Below are positions 1 to 9,020 of a stretch of DNA of 64,000 bases, in pieces; position 1 is the stretch's first letter; every line of letters starts with the position of its first letter. The DNA comes from an uncultured Bryobacterales bacterium (lineage in GTDB: Bacteria; Acidobacteriota; Terriglobia; Bryobacterales; Bryobacteraceae). Position numbers and translations under genes: made by a program. Location of the stretch: assembly GCA_937859895.1 (NCBI GenBank), contig CALMAV010000178.1:678-64677 (forward strand), read 5' to 3'. The notes beneath the pieces were generated by a model. The model ran no database searches, had not been told where the DNA came from, and was given only the letters and a program-made list of their open reading frames with translations.

Positions 1-32
1 GAGATAACCAAGAGGCCCGATTAGATCGATTT

Positions 33-57
33 AAAGAGGCTCCTCGTGAGCCTCTTT
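33..57. terminator. Stem-loop with a 10-bp perfect stem, abutting the stop codon of the 58..663 ORF
   Basis: AAAGAGGCTC-ctcgt-GAGCCTCTTT at 33-57. On the + strand it is followed by CTATTTTGG. On the - strand it lies immediately 3' of the stop at 58-60 but has no clean U-tract. Confidence 0.3.
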
Positions 58-663
58 CTATTTTGGTGGCCGGATCGACTTGTTTTGCAGCACGTTGAAC
101 AAGATGATAGGAAGCCCTATGGGTTTCATGTGTGGCCGATTGCCGCGGTGAGTCGGATCGCGCACATAGGCGCTTTGCACAAATAAGTTAACCACGCCTC
201 TTTTGGAAGAGCGCGAGGCTGTAAAGAAGATATCGTATTCAAGCAGAGTGCCGCTTTCGTCGATTACCTCCACGGAGAAGAAATTGCCCTTGCCGGTGTG
301 ATAGCACTTCCGATGCGCAAGATGATCGATAATGGCGGGCAGCCGCTTCGATAGTGCGTAACGTTGAAAATCAAAGACGCGTGTTTCGCGGTCATCGCTA
401 TAAAACAGCGAACGATCCGGCTTCTCACTTGGTGTGAATCCTCGCGTGAAGCAATGCAAGGAGAACAGTACGTCCACGCAGTAGGTGCGGGCAGGCTTTT
501 CACCCTTCGCCGCTTGCTCATACTGGCAAGTGCGAGGATGTAGGTGGCTTAGATCATAGGCTGTGTCTCCTAAACTAAACGGTCTCCATTCTAGCTGTCG
601 GCCTTCACTGCGTAAGTCCAACCCGACATCGTAACTAAGCCCTGCTCGGCAGCACGTGCCCAT
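58..663 (-). CDS. Hypothetical protein (201 aa)
   Basis: Uninterrupted 201-codon ORF followed by a hairpin. No family motif recognised by eye. Confidence 0.5.
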   Translation of the reverse strand: MGTCCRAGLSYDVGLDLRSEGRQLEWRPFSLGDTAYDLSHLHPRTCQYEQAAKGEKPARTYCVDVLFSLHCFTRGFTPSEKPDRSLFYSDDRETRVFDFQRYALSKRLPAIIDHLAHRKCYHTGKGNFFSVEVIDESGTLLEYDIFFTASRSSKRGVVNLFVQSAYVRDPTHRGNRPHMKPIGLPIILFNVLQNKSIRPPK

Positions 664-806
664 AAGCGGAAGATGGTAAGATTTGCAAACACTTTAACGC
701 CTCTCAAACCTTTAAGTCTTTTCTAATCAATAATTTGGTAATCTAGACATCAAAACACACGTATCCTGCTGGCAAAACCGGCCCGCCATGAATCTTCAAA
801 GTCGGA

Positions 807-1046
807 TTAGCGGCCGGGTTTGCAGTTCGAGGAAAGTGACTTCAAAAGTTGCCTCCATTCCTGGCGTTCCTGCATGAGCATGCGCCCGTCTCTGCTCACC
901 TGTCGAAGTGCGGAAAGCACGGTAGACACGGAGCGCAGAAAGGGAACAAGGCAGGTAGTAAAAAGGACGGTAAGTTCAATAAGTAGGCCTGGAATTGTGA
1001 CGGCGAGCTGTTGGAGACTGTGAAGAAGCCCCTGAAGGTCGGCCAT
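807..1046 (-). CDS. Small hypothetical protein (79 aa), possibly membrane-associated
   Basis: ORF with one hydrophobic stretch (AVTIPGLLIELTVLFTTCLVPFL). An equally long antisense ORF (820..1023) makes the strand uncertain. Confidence 0.25.
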   Translation of the reverse strand: MADLQGLLHSLQQLAVTIPGLLIELTVLFTTCLVPFLRSVSTVLSALRQVSRDGRMLMQERQEWRQLLKSLSSNCKPGR

Positions 1047-1067
1047 GAAGAAATGCCTGAAAACACA

Positions 1068-1104
1068 AAAGCCCTGACCGGAACAAAAGTTCCATCAGGG
1101 CTTT
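1068..1104 (-). terminator. Rho-independent terminator candidate downstream of 1165..1953
   Basis: The minus strand reads AAAGCCCTGATGGAAC-TTTT-GTTCCGGTCAGGGCTTT followed by TGTGTTTTC. It is a long imperfect stem 60 nt after the stop codon. Confidence 0.45.
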
Positions 1105-1164
1105 AGTAAAAGGGATTTACCCCTCTAATCATCTAGTGTGTGAAAAGCTGGATTCCGGGACACC

Positions 1165-1953
1165 CTAACCGAGAGTTTTTTTGCCATTGGTAAGCACCGC
1201 TCGCAACTTGGCCAAACCGGTTCGATCCACTCTTTTCCAGGCGGCCTGTAGCTTCTTACGTTCCTCGTCTGAGCCTTGCAATCTGAGCGCGAGTTCGCGG
1301 CTAATGTTACTGAGTCGATAGGCTAGAACAAGCATTTCATATTCGTCTAAGCTCGCCTCGCTTGCAATTGCCTCCCACTCTGGGACGACTCGGGGGCCAG
1401 TTGAAACATGCTGATCGCTATGAGTTGCATTGAATTTTTCCACCAGGCGTTTCAATTCATCAGAGAGATCGACTCGCACCTTAAACTCTTCAGGAACTTT
1501 GTTTAAGATTCGCTCTCGCCTTGTAAGGAGTTCCCCTTCGTTGCCATGCTCATCTTTGTCGTGTAAATCGGGATTCCGAGATCGCCAAGTGCCACCTTCT
1601 ACAACCGGCCCGTCATAAGAAAGATAGTCGATGTAATCGTCATGGGAAAGCGGATGGCCATCTTCGTCGCGGAGATCAGGAACATATAAATGAAGATGCT
1701 CGTCAGGGTAATTGGCAATTTCCATTTTCTTAGCTTCCCGTTTGGCGACCGTCTTCACGTAAGATCTCGGATCGTCTGCATTCCTCCACCGACCTTGCTT
1801 AATGGTTTCGTGCACCGCTTCCAAATAACGCACGACATCCAAACCTAAGACTTCTTTTGTCACCCAGACCCAATGCGCCTCGTGTGCGTTGTCGAAAGGC
1901 GTGTTGACAGATTTTTCGAAAATCTGCTGGTACTCCGCTTTTGTGAAACCCAT
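1165..1953 (-). CDS. Hypothetical protein (262 aa), acidic, with a possible C-terminal helix-turn-helix
   Basis: Clean 262-codon ORF followed by a terminator hairpin. The C-terminal segment LDEYEMLVLAYRLSNISRELALRL resembles a sigma-70 region-4 / LuxR-type HTH, but this is weak. Confidence 0.55.
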   Translation of the reverse strand: MGFTKAEYQQIFEKSVNTPFDNAHEAHWVWVTKEVLGLDVVRYLEAVHETIKQGRWRNADDPRSYVKTVAKREAKKMEIANYPDEHLHLYVPDLRDEDGHPLSHDDYIDYLSYDGPVVEGGTWRSRNPDLHDKDEHGNEGELLTRRERILNKVPEEFKVRVDLSDELKRLVEKFNATHSDQHVSTGPRVVPEWEAIASEASLDEYEMLVLAYRLSNISRELALRLQGSDEERKKLQAAWKRVDRTGLAKLRAVLTNGKKTLG

Positions 1954-2111
1954 ACAACTACCAACTCCTGTCTAAACATATTTATTGAAAAATGTTTTAT
2001 TCTCTGCTATCTTCCATTATGCCTCATAAAAGAGGTTATGAGTCTTCATTTCCGTTGATACAACACCGCTGAACCGGCAAGCTTCGGGTTACCTCCTTTT
2101 CGGAATCCATC

Positions 2112-3080
2112 ATGACCGCCTCTGTTGAACTCCTTCCGGCCGTCTCCCACTCGTCCTTGCCCGTGCCGGCGCTGATTGCCGATGCCGGCCACCAAGCAAG
2201 CGAGCATTTTCTAGAATTCTTTGCCGCCTCCATTCGCAACCGCAACACCCGCGCTGCCTATGTCCAGGCGACCGCGCAGTTCTTCGCCTGGTGCGAGGAG
2301 CGACAGTTGCAACTCGCGAGCATCCGGCCACTGCATGCCGCTGCATATATCGAGGGGAAGCAAAGCATCATGAGCGCGCCCTCAATTAAGCAGCACCTAG
2401 CCGGGCTGCGCTCGCTCTTTAACTGGCTCGTCGTCAAGCAGGTCGTCCCGACGAACCCCATTCTCTTCGTGAAGGGGCCGAAGTTCAGCCGCGAGGTTGG
2501 TGTAACGCCCATCCTTGAACCCGCGCAGATGCGGGAATTGCTGGATTCGATTGAGTTGGATTCAGTAAAGGGCCTGCGTGATCGCGCCGTGATCGCGGTC
2601 ATGGGTTATACCTTCGCGCGCGTCAGCGCCGTCGCCGGTCTGTTACGGAAAGACTATAGCCTGGCGGGAAAACGGCCTCGGCTGTGCTTGGATGAGAAGG
2701 GTGGTAAGGAAAAGATTGTCTGGCTGCATCATCAGGCGGAAGAGTATCTTGATGCTTATCTCGAAGCAGCCGGGCCGCTCGAGGCGAAAGCGCCGCTCTT
2801 CCAAAGCGTCAGCAAAAGTCATCGGCTCACCGGCAACCCGATGAGCCGGACGGATATGCTACGCATGGTGAAAAGCCGTTGCCTCGCGGCCGGGCTGCCG
2901 GGGGAGATTTGTAATCACACTTTCCGTGGAACCGGCATCACCGTCTTCCTCCAAAACGGCGGCGCTCTCGAAGCCGCCCAGGGCATGGCCGGGCATTCCG
3001 ATCCACGCACGACGAAGCTCTATGATCGGCGGAAGGATTTAGCGACCCTCAGCGAAATCGAGCGGCGGATTGCTTTCTGA
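2112..3080 (+). CDS. Tyrosine recombinase / phage-type integrase (322 aa)
   Basis: Catalytic-domain motifs: LRDRAVIAVMGYTFARVS (Arg-I region), NHTFRGTGITVFL (H-x-x-R), GHSDPRTTKLYDRR (His plus Tyr nucleophile). N-terminal SAM-like segment NTRAAYVQATAQFFAWCEE. Confidence 0.9.
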   Translation: MTASVELLPAVSHSSLPVPALIADAGHQASEHFLEFFAASIRNRNTRAAYVQATAQFFAWCEERQLQLASIRPLHAAAYIEGKQSIMSAPSIKQHLAGLRSLFNWLVVKQVVPTNPILFVKGPKFSREVGVTPILEPAQMRELLDSIELDSVKGLRDRAVIAVMGYTFARVSAVAGLLRKDYSLAGKRPRLCLDEKGGKEKIVWLHHQAEEYLDAYLEAAGPLEAKAPLFQSVSKSHRLTGNPMSRTDMLRMVKSRCLAAGLPGEICNHTFRGTGITVFLQNGGALEAAQGMAGHSDPRTTKLYDRRKDLATLSEIERRIAF

Positions 3081-3088
3081 ATGATCTT

Positions 3089-4711
3089 ATGAATATACCT
3101 GTTCCACTTATAAAAGATATTTCGAGGGGAAGATGTTTACCGTTTATAGGTGCAGGATTCTCGAAGAATGCTGATCTACCCGCTGGCATGTCAATGCCAG
3201 ATTGGGCCGAACTAACAGGCACACTGGCTAGAGATGCAGGCACTTCTAAAGGATTAGGCCCGCCGATGGTGGCTCAGCGTTATGAAGAGAAGTATGGGCG
3301 AGTACAACTGATTGAGGCCATACGAGATGAGCTGCACGCCGATAAAGCGCGGCCTGGCCTCGCGCATCGCGCTTTCGCTCGGCTTCCCTTCGATACGGTT
3401 TACACTACAAACTTCGATCTCCTTTTAGAGCACGCATACGGTCAAGAAGGCCGTCCACTGCGTTCCTTAGCAGGTGAACAGCAGATCCCATTTCATGCAG
3501 GTCAAACGGCGGCAAGCACTGTTAAAATGCACGGTGACCTAAGGCATGAAGAACACGTGATCATCACTCAAAATGATTACAATAATTTCTTAACGCGGTA
3601 TCCAGTCATAGCCACGCATCTCTCCGCAATGCTTATCACTAGAACGCCGCTGTTCATCGGTTACAGCCTTTCCGATCCAGACTTTGACAGTATCCGCAAT
3701 GTGGTTAGAAGCCGCTTAGGGCCGTTTGTTCGTATGGCCTATGTGGTTCAATTCGATGCTGATCAAGCAGCGATAGAGGCTGGCTATAAGGAAAACCTTC
3801 ATATCATTTCATTGCCAACTGCAAACCAGCCAAGTCGAGACCATGCGCTTGAGGCATTCTTTTTGCAGATTCAAAGCCATCTCGATAAAAAAGCCACCGC
3901 CGATTTACGAAACTCACGACCGGATGCATTCGAAACTTTAGCGCCGGATGTGGTTATGAACACTCCCGATCAGATGGCCGTGGCTGAGGCTACATCCCGA
4001 CTATGTTTCGTCATGATGGGATTCACCCCGCGATCGGATGAAATATACAGAACTCTGATCACGTCAGCTGTCGAAGCCGCAGGGCTTGCACCTGTGCGAG
4101 CGGATGAAATGATAGGGCAAGGCTTTATTATGGAGCAGATTAAAACCGCCATTCAGCAGTCCAGACTCTGCATAGCTGATGTGACGGGTAGCAATCCTAA
4201 TGTCCTATATGAAATCGGGCTTGCACACGCGATCAAAAAACCCTTAATCTTGCTGGCGCAAGAAGGATCTGTTCTTCCATTTGACATAGCTCACCAGCGA
4301 ACTATTTTGTACGGCTCAGATTTCGCTGCTGCTGGAGAGCTTTTGCAACACTCCATCTCAGTGACGCTTGGCAGCCGTTTGCATGAGGCACATGAATTAC
4401 TTAATATTGGCCAATACCGTGCCGCAATTGCGGTCGCAGCAATCGCGTTAGAGCAGCGACTGATCAGCCTCATCTCGGGAAATACCCAAAGTCTGTTCCG
4501 CCAAGGCGGATTAACGAAGATGATTCGAGAGCTGACAAAACAAAATGTACTTTCTTCTCTTGATGCTGAGCGTTTAAGCTCGGTCATAAATTTGAGAAAC
4601 AAAGCCGTTCATGCTAATACCGGGTCCAATCCTACAAAGGGTGATGCTGAATCTGTTATCCAAACCGTTCAAGCGTTTCTAGCTAGAACGACCATCGACA
4701 ATCATCGGTGA
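3089..4711 (+). CDS. SIR2-family (SIR2_2-like) protein fused to a Rossmannoid sensor-like module and a DUF4145-like C-terminal domain (540 aa); candidate NAD+-consuming defence protein
   Basis: N-terminus: CLPFIGAGFSKNADLP, VYTTNFDLLLEHAY, TVKMHGDLRHEEHVIITQNDY, PLFIGYSLSDPDF (SIR2_2 pattern). Middle: LCFVMMGF...SRLCIADVTGSNPNVLYEIGLAHAIKKPLILLAQEG (nucleoside-2-deoxyribosyltransferase / TIR-like / SLOG-like pattern). C-terminus: YRAAIAVAAIALEQRLISL...VINLRNKAVHA (DUF4145-like). It starts 9 nt after the integrase stop. Confidence 0.8.
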   Translation: MNIPVPLIKDISRGRCLPFIGAGFSKNADLPAGMSMPDWAELTGTLARDAGTSKGLGPPMVAQRYEEKYGRVQLIEAIRDELHADKARPGLAHRAFARLPFDTVYTTNFDLLLEHAYGQEGRPLRSLAGEQQIPFHAGQTAASTVKMHGDLRHEEHVIITQNDYNNFLTRYPVIATHLSAMLITRTPLFIGYSLSDPDFDSIRNVVRSRLGPFVRMAYVVQFDADQAAIEAGYKENLHIISLPTANQPSRDHALEAFFLQIQSHLDKKATADLRNSRPDAFETLAPDVVMNTPDQMAVAEATSRLCFVMMGFTPRSDEIYRTLITSAVEAAGLAPVRADEMIGQGFIMEQIKTAIQQSRLCIADVTGSNPNVLYEIGLAHAIKKPLILLAQEGSVLPFDIAHQRTILYGSDFAAAGELLQHSISVTLGSRLHEAHELLNIGQYRAAIAVAAIALEQRLISLISGNTQSLFRQGGLTKMIRELTKQNVLSSLDAERLSSVINLRNKAVHANTGSNPTKGDAESVIQTVQAFLARTTIDNHR

Positions 4712-4716
4712 TGAGG

Positions 4717-4740
4717 CTGTGATAAAGGTTGTTATCACAG
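4717..4740 (+). terminator. Stem-loop 6 nt downstream of the SIR2 gene stop
   Basis: CTGTGATAA-aggttg-TTATCACAG, a perfect 9-bp stem. No U-tract follows, so it could be a terminator or a protein-binding site. Confidence 0.4.
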
Positions 4741-4899
4741 GTATGAAACTAGTGCGGATTAGTTGTGCTTGTCAAGTTCTGCAATTTGGGTTGGGTGAGA
4801 CTGGACCATCGCATGAAACGTGAACACCATAGAAACAAGGGCAGCGTTGGACCAATCACATTTGCGCCCTTCGGCAGCGTTTTAGCACCAGGCCGCTTC

Positions 4900-5557
4900 C
4901 GCTTAGTCCAATTACCTATGCAGCGGGTTCCAAGGGAATCGAGGGTTGCACCAAGTCCCAGCAGCAGGATCCAGGACTGATTATGATCCGTGCATAAAGG
5001 ATCAGTCTGACCGAGTTCCTAGTCTTCCGCCAACAATGCGTCCGGCAACAACCTGACGACCAAACCATCCACAAGTGAGCTGCAAGCGGAGCTAGCTCCT
5101 GCTAAGGCGGACGCTCAATGGACGTATTCGACTTCTGGATAATGCGATCCACTTGTCAACTCCGAGACAGAAGCCCCTTTCAGATTCACATTAAAGAATG
5201 TACTGATGTAGTGAGCCGTGATGGTGATCTGTTGGCGACCATCCAGGTGCACAATGCCTATTGCGTGGAGCGCGCCCAGCTCCATCTTGCGTCCTGTGCC
5301 TAATTCAGAAAACGATCTACGATCCGCCCGTAAGCCCGCCACGTGTGCGGATTGTTGATGGTGGCTTTGAAAAACTCGTCATAAGCAAGCCGGGCATTCC
5401 CTCCGGCGTTCGTGATGATGGCCGGAACGGTGCAGGTGCCTGGAGAGGGTGAGTTCACTTGCCAGGGGCTTACTAGCCAACAATATACTTTATCGTCTAG
5501 TAAGCTCATTAGTAACTTTCGATTTTTATAAGAGATGTGGCTATGCTTTGTAGCCAA
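4900..5557 (-). pseudogene. Decayed tyrosine integrase, paralog of 2112..3080
   Basis: The 5300..5557 ORF contains VPAIITNAGGNARLAYDEFFKATINNPHTWRAYGRIVDRFLN. This is colinear with VPALIADAGHQASEHFLEFFAASIRNRNTRAAYVQATAQFF of the intact integrase. Similarity then continues in another frame (5115..5342 ORF) and is broken by stops further downstream. The 3' boundary is approximate. Confidence 0.6.
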
Positions 5558-5607
5558 CTTCGTCTGCCGCGCGACTCATTTTGCAATGTCCCTTCTAACA
5601 GTGGAGG

Positions 5608-6042
5608 TTGTACTATGCTGTCGTCATGGTTGCTGCGGCTGAAGCTATCTCTCAGGGGCGCCAGGCTCGAAATGATGGAGATTTGCCTGCCGCGCGTGCA
5701 CATTATGCAGAGGCTGCCAGAATCTACAAGGATCAGAACGACACCTTGGCCTATGCACACACGATCCGCCACATTGCAGATATTTACCAACAAGAATCCA
5801 ATCTCGGCGAAGCCAGGACTCTATACGAAGAGTCTCTGGAGCTTTACCGCAGCAATCTCAATACAAAGCTTCTTGACCTCGCGAATACAGTCAGGCCGTA
5901 TGCGCTTCTCAATAAGGGACAAGGCAATCATGATCTGGCAAAGAAACTCTGGGAAGAAGCCGGCTCTCTTTACGGCTCACTTCGTCTCGACTTAGGCGTT
6001 TCCGAGTGCAAAGCACATATCAGTCAACTGGGGCAATCCTAA
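5608..6042 (+). CDS. TPR-like repeat protein (about 144 aa)
   Basis: Repeated A-x-x-x-Y-x-x-A helical pairs (ARAHYAEAARIYKD; EARTLYEESLELYRS; AKKLWEEAGSLYGS). The start codon is uncertain. Confidence 0.55.
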   Translation: MYYAVVMVAAAEAISQGRQARNDGDLPAARAHYAEAARIYKDQNDTLAYAHTIRHIADIYQQESNLGEARTLYEESLELYRSNLNTKLLDLANTVRPYALLNKGQGNHDLAKKLWEEAGSLYGSLRLDLGVSECKAHISQLGQS

Positions 6043-6090
6043 TGATTAAGTGCTTGCCTTGGCTCCGGATTATTTGATGAGAAAACGGTT

Positions 6091-6834
6091 CTATTCTGCC
6101 AAATACCGGTTCGGCACATTTCGCACTGGTGCCTTCGTGCCATTTAGTTTCCGGTACAGGTATGCGAGATTGCTGTAGATATCTGCTTCGCGCCTTTGAA
6201 ACTGTTTGTGCAGACCGCACTGCGTATAGGACAGTAACGTCACATCAAATAGCGCCGTCTCCCAAGGAAAGTCGCTGCCCCACACCAAACCCTTCAATCG
6301 CACGTCCAACTTCGCGCCCAGCTTCGCTAACAGCTCCATCATCGGACGACTATAGTTTTCGTGACTGTTGACGGTATGGAAAATCGGGGTGTGGCCACCG
6401 AAGCCATCGGCATCTGCGGCAGCACGCGCATTCACGTTTGCCCCTGCCTTGACCAGGGCAGCTGCACACTTCAATGAATTATATTCCGCGCAGATGTGTA
6501 ACGCGGTAGCACCCTTCAACGGAGTGAAAGTGCAATCCAAGTTGAATTTCCTCTCCGTTTTGAAGCCGGGCTTCTTCATCAAGTGCCGCAGCAGGATGAC
6601 ATCGTCCAACAGTACGGCTTGCAGAACTGGATCTTCAATCACTGCGCCAGCTTCGAGCATTACTCTTACGCACTCCCGAAACTGCGAAGAGCGCAGATAC
6701 ATTTCGATCAAGCATTCCATGGGTGTCTTACCCTTGATCGGCTCTATTGGACTCTGGCCCGCTTTCAGCACGGCCCGGATTTTCTCCGCGGAATGCACCT
6801 CAAACGCTCCTAGCAAATCGCCTTTAAGTGACAT
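6091..6834 (-). CDS. Ankyrin-repeat protein (247 aa)
   Basis: Canonical ankyrin motif GATALHICAEYNSLKCAAALVKAGANVNAR and a second repeat GHTPIFHTV...MMELLAKLGAKLD. Confidence 0.8.
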   Translation of the reverse strand: MSLKGDLLGAFEVHSAEKIRAVLKAGQSPIEPIKGKTPMECLIEMYLRSSQFRECVRVMLEAGAVIEDPVLQAVLLDDVILLRHLMKKPGFKTERKFNLDCTFTPLKGATALHICAEYNSLKCAAALVKAGANVNARAAADADGFGGHTPIFHTVNSHENYSRPMMELLAKLGAKLDVRLKGLVWGSDFPWETALFDVTLLSYTQCGLHKQFQRREADIYSNLAYLYRKLNGTKAPVRNVPNRYLAE

Positions 6835-7123
6835 GCTGCCTCACTTGAGAGTTGACGTTCTCGGACTGTCAAACTCGTCCTAACACTTCATGTCCTATTA
6901 GGCCGGAGCGTGATTGCCCAACATTGAAACTGTGTGGACAGAGTCTCCGAGTTCGGCGACGGGTGAAGTTTTCCTCATGGAGATTACATTTTTGCGAGTT
7001 ACCCGATGGAACTGTAGGCGGATTCCCATCGTGGATCGCCCTACCAAAGCCCCCTCCTAACTTCGCAATGAAATCTGTCGACCGCAACGACACTAAAGTT
7101 GCGAGGGAAACATTGACCAAGTA

Positions 7124-7453
7124 GCAGCGCCTGTTTGCGATCCGCAACAAATACACGGCTCTCATCTCAGGCGAACTACTCTGGATCAACAACAGTGAGT
7201 CTGATAACGTCCTGAGCTTCCTATACAAGAAGGGTGATGAAGAGATGTTATGATTCTGAACCTCTCAAATCGCAACACCCACGTCACGATCGATCTTCCG
7301 GTAATAGATTACTCATCAGTGGAAACCTGCTTGAAGGACGGTAAGACGTACTTCCCGCTGTACTCCGGCCGGGGTTTGACGAACCTCACCGCTTACGAAG
7401 CCTTCGTTGGGAAACGGATCCCGCTTGCGCCGCTGCAGCTAGCGGGTCACTAA
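7124..7453 (+). pseudogene. C-terminal remnant of a GH13 alpha-amylase-family gene (5'-truncated, one frameshift)
   Basis: Frame A reads QRLFAIRNKYTALISGELLWINNSESDNVLSFLYKKGDEEML* and, after a 1-nt shift, frame B reads MILNLSNRNTHVTIDLP.... This is the usual pattern of the amylase C-terminal beta-sandwich. No catalytic domain lies upstream. The 3' end overlaps the PQQ dehydrogenase 3' end. Confidence 0.5.
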
Positions 7454-9020
7454 CGTAGCCTTCCGGCAACGCAAACGCGTACAAAACTCCGTGCGCTCCG
7501 CAGACAAGGTATTGGCGGCCGTCTATCTCGTAAGTGATCGCAGGACCTTGCGCTGGACCGCCACCGTACACATGCCATAGGGTCTTGCCAGTGACGGCGT
7601 CAAGCGCGAGCACGTTGCCATGAACGTCGGCTGAGAAGACAAGATCGCCCGCCGTGCTCAAAACTCCTGACCAGTCCCAACCAGAGCCCAAGTCGTGCTC
7701 CCACCTGCTCTTACCGGTTTGATAATCAATCGCCCGCAGATAACAACGGGACCAGACGGTGAGATCGCGTCCCGCAAAACCTTCTGGTTTGCCCGTCGAG
7801 TAAGCGTAATAAAGGCTGAATGACTGGTGCGTGTCTACGAACAAAAGGCCATTGTTCGGATCAAAGCTCGGCGCCATCCAATTGGTCGCGCCGATCGCAT
7901 CCGGCTCCACGAGAGTGCCGGCCGGGCTGGGATACTTCTCCGTTTTGCCAACCGGGCGGCCCTTCGCATCTACGCCTGAACTCCAGTTTGTTTCTTCATA
8001 GGGCGCGGAAAGCAACGCCTTACCCGTTGTTCGATCTAAGACGAAGAGATAGCCATTGCGCGAAGCTTGAATGAGCAGCTTGCGTGGCTGACCATGAAAG
8101 TCGCCGTCAAAGATGACGGGTGTTTGCACCGCATCCCAATCGTGAACGTCGTGGGGCGACGGCTGGAAGTACCATGCCAATTTGCCGGTGTCAGGGTTCA
8201 GCGCAACAATTGAACAGGTATAGAGATTGTCACCTGGCCGAGCGGAGCCGTCCATCACGGGATTCGGATTCGCTGTGCCCCAATACACAAGGTTTGATTC
8301 CGCATCGTACGTGCCCGTCACCCAGGTCATCCCGCCTCCGTGCTGAATGGCATCGCTGTTTGCGGGCCAAGTCTCGGAACCGGGCTGCCCCGGCTTGGGA
8401 AGCGCATCCCACCTCCATTCGAGCTTTCCCGTCTCGGCGTCCAAGGAATCAATGAACCCGTGCAGGTCGTTGAAATCTCCCGACACACCCACTAGTACGT
8501 GATTGCGAATCACAAGGGGCGCCATCGTCGCCCAATATCCCTGCTTGACGTCTGCCAGCACTTTATCCCATTGCACTTCGCCCGAGCGGGCGTCGAGACA
8601 CAGCAGATGCGCATCAGGGGTCTCAAAATACAAATGGCCCTTGTACATGCCCAATCCGCGCTGGCCGATGTGCAGCCCTTCATTGTCGTGGTAATGGTAA
8701 TGCCAATTCTGCTGCCCGGAGCGCGCATCCACCGACCAAACGTCATCCGGCTCGGTGAAGTAGAGTGATCCATCCACCAAGAGCGGCGTCGATTTCAGGC
8801 CGGGCCCTGTGTTCACGTCTGTCTGGAACGCCCAAGCCATGCTCAACATACCGACATTGCTCTTATTGATCTGCCGGAGAAAGCTGAAACGCTTACCGGA
8901 ATAATCGCCGTTATAAGTAGGCCAGCTATCTGCTGAAGGGTGGACAAGCGTTTTCGGATCCAAGCCCTGCGCACTTATGGCCAGCGCAGTGCCTACACAC
9001 GCGAGGAGAATCTTAGTCAT
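7386..9020 (-). CDS. PQQ-dependent dehydrogenase (quinoprotein beta-propeller), secreted (544 aa)
   Basis: Signal peptide MTKILLACVGTALAISAQG. Repeated propeller motifs: VWSVDARSGQQNW, LLCLDARSGEVQW, IDSLDAETGKLEWRW, IVALNPDTGKLAWYF, LRAIDYQTGKSRWEH, VLALDAVTGKTLWHV. It overlaps the upstream cytochrome c gene by 4 nt. Confidence 0.9.
   Translation of the reverse strand: MTKILLACVGTALAISAQGLDPKTLVHPSADSWPTYNGDYSGKRFSFLRQINKSNVGMLSMAWAFQTDVNTGPGLKSTPLLVDGSLYFTEPDDVWSVDARSGQQNWHYHYHDNEGLHIGQRGLGMYKGHLYFETPDAHLLCLDARSGEVQWDKVLADVKQGYWATMAPLVIRNHVLVGVSGDFNDLHGFIDSLDAETGKLEWRWDALPKPGQPGSETWPANSDAIQHGGGMTWVTGTYDAESNLVYWGTANPNPVMDGSARPGDNLYTCSIVALNPDTGKLAWYFQPSPHDVHDWDAVQTPVIFDGDFHGQPRKLLIQASRNGYLFVLDRTTGKALLSAPYEETNWSSGVDAKGRPVGKTEKYPSPAGTLVEPDAIGATNWMAPSFDPNNGLLFVDTHQSFSLYYAYSTGKPEGFAGRDLTVWSRCYLRAIDYQTGKSRWEHDLGSGWDWSGVLSTAGDLVFSADVHGNVLALDAVTGKTLWHVYGGGPAQGPAITYEIDGRQYLVCGAHGVLYAFALPEGYVSDPLAAAAQAGSVSQRRLRKR

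Noticed and set aside
3089-4711. Calling the SIR2 gene a Thoeris ThsA
   Set aside because: No TIR-domain ThsB gene lies adjacent or anywhere in the window, and there is an extra DUF4145-like tail. The middle-domain assignment is by eye only.
4712-5115. tRNA gene as an integration target next to the integrases (also checked at 21856-22387, 27240-28015, 29628-29900, 44019-44488, 46674-46853 and 54027-54538)
   Set aside because: I could not find a T-loop (GGTTCGAATCC-like) with matching acceptor-stem complementarity by eye. A tRNAscan/ARAGORN run would be needed for a definitive negative.
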